Source: Sphingomonas sp. (GTDB lineage: Bacteria; Pseudomonadota; Alphaproteobacteria; Sphingomonadales; Sphingomonadaceae). From it: DNA of 53,772 bases. The stretch's first letter is position 1. Each line of letters starts with the position of its first letter. Below are positions 21,426 to 29,719 of the stretch, piece by piece. The position numbers were made by a program, and so were the translations under genes. The stretch spans positions 1 to 53,772 of the forward strand of contig JAIERC010000220.1 of the NCBI GenBank assembly GCA_019747165.1, read 5' to 3'. The notes under the pieces are model-generated. The model did no database searches. It had not been told where the DNA came from and saw only the letters and a program-made list of their open reading frames with translations.

Positions 21426-21943
21426 TCGATCGGCGCTGGCTTCAATCGGTCATCTGCCTAGCTGGCGGTGATCTTAGCGGCAAGGATCTGGACCAGCTTT
21501 GCCAGGAGCTTGGCGTGCAGGAGGAAGTCCTCCCGTACCTTTTGCTGACGGCCGGATCCTTTTCTGGCTGGCCCATCACCCAGGCCGCCTTTCGCGGGGC
21601 TGCGAAGGCGGTCACGCGCCCATCCCAGATGCGCGGAGCATCCGCCTTAGGAGCGCTTTCGTCGGCACAGCGGCGGGGCCTTCGACAATCGATAGGCGCT
21701 GTCTTGACGCTTACGCCGGAAGCAACTGGCGATCCGGCGATTGCACCGACCGATATCAACTTGCGGGACGCTGGTGACGATCCGGAGGGTGCATCGACCC
21801 ACATCCGCTTGCAGGCCACTGACGGCGATGCGGAGGCCACACCGATCGACATCCGTTTGCGGGCCACTGACGATATTGCGCGCTTTCGTTCGGCTGCAAG
21901 CGGGCCGAACGCCGAGCCGCAGTTATTCATTTCAAACGAGTAG
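21422..21943 (+). CDS. Hypothetical protein with 16-aa tandem repeats
   Basis: ATG overlaps upstream stop (ATGA); repeats PTDINLRDA / STHIRLQAT / PIDIRLRAT. Confidence 0.6.
   Translation: MIDRRWLQSVICLAGGDLSGKDLDQLCQELGVQEEVLPYLLLTAGSFSGWPITQAAFRGAAKAVTRPSQMRGASALGALSSAQRRGLRQSIGAVLTLTPEATGDPAIAPTDINLRDAGDDPEGASTHIRLQATDGDAEATPIDIRLRATDDIARFRSAASGPNAEPQLFISNE
21743..21874 (+). repeat. Degenerate 48-bp tandem repeat, about 2.7 units
   Basis: Units start at 21743, 21791 and 21839. Confidence 0.7.
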
Positions 21944-21944
21944 C

Positions 21945-22886
21945 ATGAGTATGGCACTTTTTTCACGGATGAAAAACAGCCGGGCCGTTTCGGGATCGGC
22001 CGATGTCGCAAACCGTGATGAAGTTTACTCGCAGCTTATGCAGAAATTGCAGCAAATCGAGCAGAAGATCGACCACGTCTGCGCGCGGGTCGATGAAATG
22101 CGCCTGCTCGTCGGGCCCTTTGCGGTCACGCTGGCGGACGGATCTCTGCTCACCCAGACGGTCCATGGGGTTAAGTTCTTTCTCGATCCGGATGATCTAA
22201 TCATCACACCGCAAATGATCATCTATCGGCAATGGGAAGATGAGTTGTCGGCCTTGTTCCATCGTCTGTGCAACCCGGAAACGGTATTGGTCGATGTCGG
22301 CGCGAATATTGGATATTTCACTGTCCTGGGTGCGAACCTGATCGGTAATCGCAGCACTGGGCAGGTCTTCTCGTTTGAGCCCAATCCAAAGCTCGCAGCG
22401 CTCGCCCGGCGCAACCTGGAAATCAACTGGTCAATGGCTCCCGTTACGTTCCACGAGACAGCGGTTGCGGATTTTTGCGGAAGCGTGACCTTGCACATTC
22501 CTCCCGGCCACGGCGCCAATGCGAGCCTTTCTCCTTCGGATGGGTTTGATTGTGAGGAGCGGGTGGTGTCGTCGGTCCGACTAGACGATGTCCTCCCTGA
22601 AGGGCTCGTGGTCGATCTGCTCAAGGTCGATGTCGAGGGTCATGAGGCTGGCGTTCTGCGCGGCGCCCGTGAAGTGATTGCCCGCAGTCCCAATCTCCAT
22701 CTCGTTATGGAATGGTCGCAGGGGCAAATGCGGCATGCTGGCATCGATCATGCCGAAATCATCGCTATGCTAGATGGCTTCACGCCGCACCGTATCGAAA
22801 TCGGCAGCGATCCGTTGGCGCATCCGGAATCATTCGAGTGGCTAATGGCTCAGGAGTACACCGACGCCCTGTTCGTCCGCCTCTGA
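21945..22886 (+). CDS. FkbM-family methyltransferase
   Basis: VDVGANIGYF, SFEPNP, LLKVDVEGHEAGVLRGA; N-terminal coiled coil. Confidence 0.9.
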   Translation: MSMALFSRMKNSRAVSGSADVANRDEVYSQLMQKLQQIEQKIDHVCARVDEMRLLVGPFAVTLADGSLLTQTVHGVKFFLDPDDLIITPQMIIYRQWEDELSALFHRLCNPETVLVDVGANIGYFTVLGANLIGNRSTGQVFSFEPNPKLAALARRNLEINWSMAPVTFHETAVADFCGSVTLHIPPGHGANASLSPSDGFDCEERVVSSVRLDDVLPEGLVVDLLKVDVEGHEAGVLRGAREVIARSPNLHLVMEWSQGQMRHAGIDHAEIIAMLDGFTPHRIEIGSDPLAHPESFEWLMAQEYTDALFVRL

Positions 22887-23060
22887 AAATCAGGCCCGCC
22901 AATCGGAACCAAATCGGCAATGAGGAGGGCAATCGACGATCGTTTGGATTTTGGACTGCGGCAAGCCGATATGATGACCTGCTGGAATGAAAACGCCAAA
23001 GCTGCTCATGGCAATGTCGATGCCTAATATCCATACTCGCAATGTGGCCTAGATGGATCG

Positions 23061-23366
23061 TTGAAAGGAGGCTTACTTGCTTGGTTGAAAGGTCATGAGA
23101 TGTTCAAGGAAGTCGGTCTGCCCGAAGGCAAGGTGCTGATCCCCGGCGTCGTCGAATGCCAGTCCAATTATATCGAGCATCCCGAGCTGATCGCGCAGCG
23201 GATCGGTCGCTATGCCGATCTGGTCGGCAGAGAGAATGTGATGGCGGGGGTCGATTGCGGTTTTTCGGTGCATGTCGGATCGGGCGGCGTCGATCGCGAC
23301 ATTGTCTGGGCGAAGATGGCGGTACTTGCTGAGGGCGCGCGGATTGCCTCGGCCAGATATTGGTAA
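23061..23366 (+). pseudogene. C-terminal remnant of a cobalamin-independent methionine synthase II (MetE-like) protein
   Basis: KVLIPGVV..SNYIEHPELIAQRI..YADLVGRENVMAGVDCGF..IVWAKM..LAEGARIAS; most of the domain is absent. Confidence 0.8.
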
Positions 23367-23392
23367 CCAATCACCAGTCAGGAAGGCGGGTG

Positions 23393-25477
23393 CTAACGCA
23401 GCCGCACCCCGATCCACAGCCGCCGCGGCGTACCGAGATCAATCGATCCGCCCTGGTTGCGGGTAACCACCGCCGCGTCGAACAAATTCTCAGCGCGGCC
23501 GACCAGGGCGAACCGCTTGCCCAGAGGAATTTCAGCGACCGCATCAAGGGTGGTGGCAGCGGGCAGGACATCGGTTTGCAGATCATCCTCAAACTGTGCG
23601 CCTGTGTATCGGACGGTTGTCGACAGCCGAGGGCCTTGCACCCGTGCCCAACCCAGCGTGGCGCTGAGCGCATGGGCAGCGCTTTGCGCGGAACGCAAGC
23701 CATCAAGCCCCGCTGACAAGCCCGACGCCGATACCCGCGAGTCAGTAAAGGCGTAGGAAGCGTCGAGCGACCACGCACCGCGCACCGCGCGCGCCGTTAC
23801 CTCCAGTCCGCGCGCAACAATGACATCGACATTGCGGCGTTGGCGCAGATTAGGGGCGATCGTCACATTGGCAATCGCGCCCTCGAGGCGATTGTAAAAT
23901 CCAGTGACGCCCATGGTTATGCCGGGCGCGGGGGTGAGATCAATCCCGCCCTCAACGCCGCGCAACCGCTCCAGCCCCAGCGCTGCATTGGCCTGCGTCG
24001 TCACGGGAAAGACGACGAACGGGCGATAGAGTTCATTGAGGGTCGGCAGGCGGAAACCAGTATAGCCCGCCGCGCGCAAGGCGACGGCGTCGCTGGCGTG
24101 GAACAGTGCCCCCAGTCGACCGGTTACTTCGCTACCTTGGCGATTGGCGAAGCGTTGATCGCTGGTGGCCAGCCCGGCGGCATTGCGTTCACGGAAGCTG
24201 CCATCGCTGATCGCCCAGAAATCTCCGCGCGCACCGCCGGTAAGGACAAGGCGGCCGATCGTCCAATCATCTTCCGCGAACAGGCCGAGCGTGCGGGTCG
24301 TGCCCCCCGCGCTGCGCCGCGCCGTCACCAGACCAGTCACCGCGCTATAGGCATCTTCAGCTAATTGCCCATCGGCCACGCGCATGTCCGCGCCGATCCG
24401 CAGCAAATGCACGGTGCTAATTGGTGGGCGCAGTTCGATCTTGCCGCCAATCCCGGTGGCTGGCGTGGCGCGTTGATCGAGCGTCAGTCGAAAGCTGGTC
24501 GCACTGATCACCTTGTTCGTGAAATTGCGTGCCTGCAGATAGGCAAGCGCATCGACATCCCACGCGCCACGATGGACCAGACGGATGCTGGCATCCTGAC
24601 CCTCGGCGCTGCTATCCGCCCCGCGAAACCGCAAGGTGCGATTGTCGTCAAAGATCAGGGCACGAAACTGCACATCGGTTTGCGCCCCAAGCGGTGCCAC
24701 GGCGCGCAGGCCGATCGACCAATCGCGGTAGCGCGCGCGGGCGGTGGCCGGCACGCGCTGGTTGGCCGGCGTCGTGAAATACCCGTCGCCGCGCTCAAAC
24801 CGGCCCGACAGCGTAGCGAACCCACCGCCCAGATCCGGCGAGATGCTCGCCGTCACCTCCTGGGCATTGTCGCTGCCATAAAACAGGCTGCCCGCGACGG
24901 GGGGTAGATCGCGGCGCGCGGCACTGGCCAGCTCGATCGTGCCGGCCACCGCACCCGCGCCAAACGCCCCCGCGCCGCCGCCGCGCGTCACCCGTACCGA
25001 CGACAAACGATCGCCGACCAGTGCGGTGAAGGGCACATGGCCAAAAAAGGGGTCAGCGATCGGTATGCCATCAAGCAACACCAGTGCTCGGCTCGATGCA
25101 TTGCCGCCCAATGCACGCAGCGTCACCCCTTGCGCCGAAGGATTGGCCGATCGACTGTCTGACCGGCGGAATTGCTGAAACCCTGCCACGTCGCGCAACA
25201 CATTTTCGACTCGGCCCGATGCCTCACCGACCAGTCGGTCGCGTCCAATCACTACTGATCCATAGGCCGGTGTGCCTGGCGGCAGCGCCAGGTCGCTGCC
25301 GATGACGATGATGTCATCGGGTGCTGGGGGCGTGTCCCGCGGTGGCGCGCGCTGCGCAAAGCCAGGGGCGCTGCCGACCATTAGGTACGAAGCCGTAACG
25401 AAAAGGCGAAGCGGCGCGGATGCGCCCGCTAACAGCATCCCGCCAAGCCTGCCACGGTGCGCTGACAATGCCCTCAA
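23393..25477 (-). CDS. TonB-dependent receptor
   Basis: DIIVIG TonB-box-like, plug LRALGGNASSRALVLLDGIP, RAENLFD, C-terminal aromatic strand. Confidence 0.9.
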   Translation of the reverse strand: MRALSAHRGRLGGMLLAGASAPLRLFVTASYLMVGSAPGFAQRAPPRDTPPAPDDIIVIGSDLALPPGTPAYGSVVIGRDRLVGEASGRVENVLRDVAGFQQFRRSDSRSANPSAQGVTLRALGGNASSRALVLLDGIPIADPFFGHVPFTALVGDRLSSVRVTRGGGAGAFGAGAVAGTIELASAARRDLPPVAGSLFYGSDNAQEVTASISPDLGGGFATLSGRFERGDGYFTTPANQRVPATARARYRDWSIGLRAVAPLGAQTDVQFRALIFDDNRTLRFRGADSSAEGQDASIRLVHRGAWDVDALAYLQARNFTNKVISATSFRLTLDQRATPATGIGGKIELRPPISTVHLLRIGADMRVADGQLAEDAYSAVTGLVTARRSAGGTTRTLGLFAEDDWTIGRLVLTGGARGDFWAISDGSFRERNAAGLATSDQRFANRQGSEVTGRLGALFHASDAVALRAAGYTGFRLPTLNELYRPFVVFPVTTQANAALGLERLRGVEGGIDLTPAPGITMGVTGFYNRLEGAIANVTIAPNLRQRRNVDVIVARGLEVTARAVRGAWSLDASYAFTDSRVSASGLSAGLDGLRSAQSAAHALSATLGWARVQGPRLSTTVRYTGAQFEDDLQTDVLPAATTLDAVAEIPLGKRFALVGRAENLFDAAVVTRNQGGSIDLGTPRRLWIGVRLR

Positions 25478-26895
25478 ATGCCGTCAATTTGCGGCGGGGC
25501 CACGCGGAGTTGCGCCAATAGCGACTGCACTTCGGAATCGCCCCGCCAACGCGCAGCGATCCGCGCGGTGATGCTTGGCGAGTACCAATGCTCGCCGTGC
25601 ACCTTTGCCACGTGCATTAGCTTAAGCAGTTCGACGCGGTCGCCCATTGATGATGCCCAGAAGGCCGGCACTTCGCGAATGCGCCGCGTTCCAGCGGCCA
25701 GCTGGCGGCTTGCATCGTCGATCAGCACGTGGTGCGCGGTTTTCGGATCCCGAGCGATCGCGGCCTCCAGCGCGACCGACAGTCGGACGGCCTCAGGCTC
25801 GCGGCGCATCGTCGCCATCGCGCGATATTCGCGTGCATAGCCGCGGATATCGCCCAGCCCCATATAAACCCAGGCAAGGCAATTGCTGATCGTCGCGTCG
25901 GCGGGATAGCGTATTTTCAGCTCGGTCATCATGGTCTGGGCTAGCCGGTCGTTGCCAGCTTGCCACTGGGCGCATGCATGTTCGACCGCAATCGCCTGCG
26001 AACCCGGCGCAAGCGAGCGGGCCCGTGTGTACTGACGCTCGGCTGCCTTCGCCGCCCCAAGGTCGGCCAGTATATTGGCGAACCAGAAATGCGTCTGCGC
26101 ATCATTGTCGTCGAGCGCGAGCGCGCGCTTGAAAGCCTCGACTGCGGCGCGCGGTTCATTGTCCCACCAATAATCAATAAAGCCGTTCGCACGATGCGCG
26201 CTCGCCAGATTGGGATCCAGGCTTAATGCCTTTTGCGCTGCAATCCGGGCAATGCCGAACGCCTGCGCATCGCTGACAGCGCCATATTCGCGGTAGATCA
26301 GCCAAGCTTCGGCCAGGCCAGCGCGTGCTGGCGCGAAATCAGGCGCTTCGTCGATTATCTTCTCATAAAGGCGGATTGCTTCCCGAACATCTTCCGGCGT
26401 CCGCCTCGCCCAGACATCGCGCGCAGCGATGTATTTCGCCATCAGCGCGGGCGATGTTCGGCTCGCGCTGCGCGGAGAAGCATAAATAAAGGCAATTGCC
26501 ACAACCGCTAAAGCGATGAGAGCCAGCCACCCGCGGCCAATGCCGACCGCACTGCGCAGGCGCCACCCACCGCCAATTGCGCCCGCGACGGTTGCGGCAT
26601 GAGCGTTTGTCTGCGCCAACTGGCCGCTATCGGCATGTTGCGATCGCCAGGCTTCAAGCTCGCGTTCGATCGCGAAAACCGACTTTTGCTTGCCGCCGGG
26701 CACATAATGGACCGGCAGCCCACGCTCCTTCGCCCAGCGCGCGACCGTCGTTCGGTCTCGTCCGAAAAACGCAGCAATTGCTTTCCAGCCATTCAGCCGT
26801 TTATCTGACCCGGACGCCGGAACTTTAGCCGTAACGCCCGTCGTTGGCTCGTATGTCACGCCTTCAAAACGCGGCACGTTTACCTCGTCAACCAT
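25474..26895 (-). CDS. Membrane-anchored regulator: N-terminal HTH, single TM, TPR repeats
   Basis: RLNGWKAIAAFFGRDRTTVARWAKERGLPV; TM WLALIALAVVAIAFIY; TPR AQKALSLDPNLASAH, FKRALALDDNDAQ. Confidence 0.78.
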   Translation of the reverse strand: MVDEVNVPRFEGVTYEPTTGVTAKVPASGSDKRLNGWKAIAAFFGRDRTTVARWAKERGLPVHYVPGGKQKSVFAIERELEAWRSQHADSGQLAQTNAHAATVAGAIGGGWRLRSAVGIGRGWLALIALAVVAIAFIYASPRSASRTSPALMAKYIAARDVWARRTPEDVREAIRLYEKIIDEAPDFAPARAGLAEAWLIYREYGAVSDAQAFGIARIAAQKALSLDPNLASAHRANGFIDYWWDNEPRAAVEAFKRALALDDNDAQTHFWFANILADLGAAKAAERQYTRARSLAPGSQAIAVEHACAQWQAGNDRLAQTMMTELKIRYPADATISNCLAWVYMGLGDIRGYAREYRAMATMRREPEAVRLSVALEAAIARDPKTAHHVLIDDASRQLAAGTRRIREVPAFWASSMGDRVELLKLMHVAKVHGEHWYSPSITARIAARWRGDSEVQSLLAQLRVAPPQIDGI

Positions 26896-27400
26896 GCGCC
26901 GCCGTCCACTGTCCAGACCATCTATGTCATTGTTCTTGGCGATGTGCTTGGCCCAAAATGGCGCGTGACGACAACGCGCAGTGCGGCATGGCGTGCAGCC
27001 CTGGCCCCATTATCAGCTTCATTATCGTCCGACCCCCCACATCCGGATTAGCGCAGCTCAGTTTCCCTCTGGCCGAGAGCAGCGCCGAACCCGCGCTCGC
27101 CAGCCGTGTAGCAAATTGCGGCACCGCGATTTGCGCCGCCACCCTGCACGCCAGATCGCTGTAATGCCCCACTCATCTAATGTTACGCCTTACGAAGAGA
27201 GTGATCTATGAAATTCGGTGCGCGTGCAACCATGGGAGCCCCAAAGCGCGCCCTTGGCAGCGGTGGTTTCGCGCCACCCGCCGCAATGCCGTTTATCTCG
27301 TGATCACAGAGATGAAGAAGGAAACAGAAATCGGCTGTCGCGTGTGCGCCGTAGGTCTGACTGCCTTGCGAGGACACATACCAGCGACCAAAAGGGCAGC

Positions 27401-28189
27401 ATGGTGATCGTCCCCAACGGCGGTGCAACCGGCCTGGCGGGGTCGATGGCCAGCGCCACTGGCAAAGTCGATGGTCGGGATGAGACGCCATCGACAGCAC
27501 GGCGACAGCTTCCTCGATCAGCGGATTTGCGTGGCGGCAAGCGCGTCAATCGCAATTGGGGCCATATCGGGCCAGGTGTCTTGAAAGCCATTGTTGCGAC
27601 TATTCAGGATGTGCAACGACAAGCAGCTTCCAAATCGCTGATCGACCCGACACCGCTGGTCATTCAATATGGTGACCTGATCATTGCTGGGTTCGCGCCG
27701 CAACGCGCCAAGGCACGCTGGCCTTGCGGTGCGAACGCAGAAAGAGGACCCGCAGCCGGTTTAGGCAAGGGCGGCCCGGCACAGGCTAAGGCCGCAAGCC
27801 CGATCGCCGCGAATGACGGGCCACCGGCAGGAGCGATCGATCTGGGGCTTCAGGTGGGTCCGGTCACGCTGGATCAGTTAAAGGCGCGCTTGGCTGACGG
27901 GCAGCCTTTTTCTTTCTTGTTCCTGCCGGAGGGCGATGCTGCAACCAAATTACAGCCAATGACCGGCAGCGAAACACTTGCCATTAATGACGAATCTGCC
28001 GAAATATATGCCGCCACGGCGGTTGGTTATGATGATCAACAAGAGGCATTCCTTGTGGTGAAGCAGTCTATCGACGCTTTCCACAAAGATTGTGAGATCA
28101 TGATGCTGTCTTATGCCTATTGGGCCCACCCGGTCCTATCGCAGGACGTCTGGACCATTTGGAGCCCAAAGCCTCCAAGATGCGCCTAA
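27401..28189 (+). CDS. Papain-like (C1A) fold protein with catalytic residues replaced
   Basis: LPRSADLR, LDQLKARLADGQPF, AVGYDD, YAY...QDVWTI; start uncertain. Confidence 0.6.
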   Translation: MVIVPNGGATGLAGSMASATGKVDGRDETPSTARRQLPRSADLRGGKRVNRNWGHIGPGVLKAIVATIQDVQRQAASKSLIDPTPLVIQYGDLIIAGFAPQRAKARWPCGANAERGPAAGLGKGGPAQAKAASPIAANDGPPAGAIDLGLQVGPVTLDQLKARLADGQPFSFLFLPEGDAATKLQPMTGSETLAINDESAEIYAATAVGYDDQQEAFLVVKQSIDAFHKDCEIMMLSYAYWAHPVLSQDVWTIWSPKPPRCA

Positions 28190-28405
28190 CGGGGTAATCC
28201 TGCGCGGATATGGCGTCGGCGACTCTGTCCAACGATTAGAAAAGGGAGGGGAAGAGACTTGAAGTTTCGATGTTCCTTTTTTGTAAAATACGGAATTTAA
28301 ATGTAATTTTCTCGAACTGCCCGGGGAAAGAGCATCGGCCAAAAGCTGCTAAAACCAGAAGAAACTACCAAACTCCCGACTATTTTTTGATGATCGGTCC
28401 GCAAA

Positions 28406-28654
28406 ATGACGTTGCAAGACCAGTACCTTGATGGTCGCTCGGCCCGTGATGCTGGTCAGACCTCGCTTGATCTTGTGCGCCAACGCTACAAGGCGGGTGA
28501 GGATGACCTCCTCGCCCTGCTCCGGGCGCAGTCTGCCTACACCAATGCTGACCGTTCAGCGGCCCAGGCCCGCGAAACGGCGCTCGCCTCCTATGCGACT
28601 CTCGTAAAGATATGGGGCTCCGGTTCGGTCAGCGCCGCCTCTGCTGTAGAATAG
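28406..28654 (+). pseudogene. C-terminal fragment of a NodT/OprM-type outer-membrane efflux protein
   Basis: SLDLVRQRYKAGEDDLLALLRAQ...YATLVKIWGSG matches the OMF C-terminal pattern. Confidence 0.7.
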
Positions 28655-28811
28655 CAGAAGGTTCTGGCCATAACCGATCGTTTGTTCATAGAAATATGTT
28701 AATCTTGCTTGCGGACGTGGCCCTTGGGACTGAAGTTATTGGATTGAGATTTCACAATCCTTCTTTGTTGAGAAATCTCTTTGTCGCGCAGCGGACATAT
28801 ATATCTTTTAT

Positions 28812-29339
28812 TTATTTCAACGAAACCGATAGACCCGCAGCGACAAAGAAGACCTTATCGGCGGCTGCTGCGACGCGTTGGTGCAAGCGGCCCGCTTCGT
28901 CCCGAAAACGTCTCGCCAGCGCATTATCGGGCACGATGCCGAGCCCGACCTCATTACTGACGATCACCAGCGGACCGCATGCACCGCCGATGGCAGACAG
29001 GAGGCCATCGCTCGCTTGGGTGATGTCGGCATCTGACAAAAGCAGATTGCTGACCCATAAGGTGAGGCAATCAACGAGCACGACATTTCCTACCACCGCT
29101 TCCTTGCCTATCGCTTCAGCCAGATTGAGCGGGCATTCGACCGTGCGCCAGCGCGGACCGCGATCCGCGCAGTGGCGTGCTATCCGCTCCGTCATTTCTG
29201 CGTCGAAGGGCTGGCCTGTCGCCAGATAGACCGGTGCAACTGCTTGGCTGTCGGCCAAGTTTTCCGCCAGCTCTTGCGCCAACCGGCTTTTGCCTGATCG
29301 CGCCCCACCTAGGAAAAACACGACGTTTGGCCCGGTCAC
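28812..29339 (-). CDS. cobU: Adenosylcobinamide kinase / cobinamide-phosphate guanylyltransferase (CobU/CobP)
   Basis: GGARSGKS, EMTERIARH, LVDCLTLWVSN, VSNEVGLGIVP; GTG with AAGGA RBS. Confidence 0.93.
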   Translation of the reverse strand: MTGPNVVFFLGGARSGKSRLAQELAENLADSQAVAPVYLATGQPFDAEMTERIARHCADRGPRWRTVECPLNLAEAIGKEAVVGNVVLVDCLTLWVSNLLLSDADITQASDGLLSAIGGACGPLVIVSNEVGLGIVPDNALARRFRDEAGRLHQRVAAAADKVFFVAAGLSVSLK

Positions 29340-29375
29340 TCTTGTCCTTTCGCGTCCCGAAGAATATCGACGCCA

Positions 29376-29559
29376 TGCGACAGGTTTCCAGAAATGGAAA
29401 TAATAGGGAACCCGGAAAGCCGATAATTTATCTGCAAGCCGGGGCTGTGCCCGCAACTGTGACCGGAGAGCGGTCGCTCCATATGCCACTGGCGGCCTTG
29501 GCTGCTGGGAAGGCGGAGCGGACGTGATGACCCGGGAGCCAGGAGACCTGCCTGTCGCA
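29376..29559 (+). promoter_or_regulatory. Cobalamin riboswitch
   Basis: P1 TGCGACAGG / CCTGTCGCA, AATAGGGAA, GCCCGCAACTGT, GCCACTG, GGGAAGG, B12 box GAGCCAGGAGACCTGCC; upstream of btuB. Confidence 0.95.
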
Positions 29560-29719
29560 GTCGGTCCTTTGTGCCAACGGGGTGTTTGGCATGATCGGGG
29601 GGAAACCTCGCGTGACGACATCGTTGGAGGTGGCGCGCGTGAGGGTTCGGACCGTTTCGCTCTACAAAAGTCCGTGCCGTTGGCGCGTGCAACCTCGCTT
29701 TGTTCAACAAGGAGGTTCC

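Noticed and set aside
29340-29719. Long ORF extensions of cobU and btuB
   Set aside because: They run through the riboswitch and leader; good RBS-linked starts exist at 29339 and 29720.
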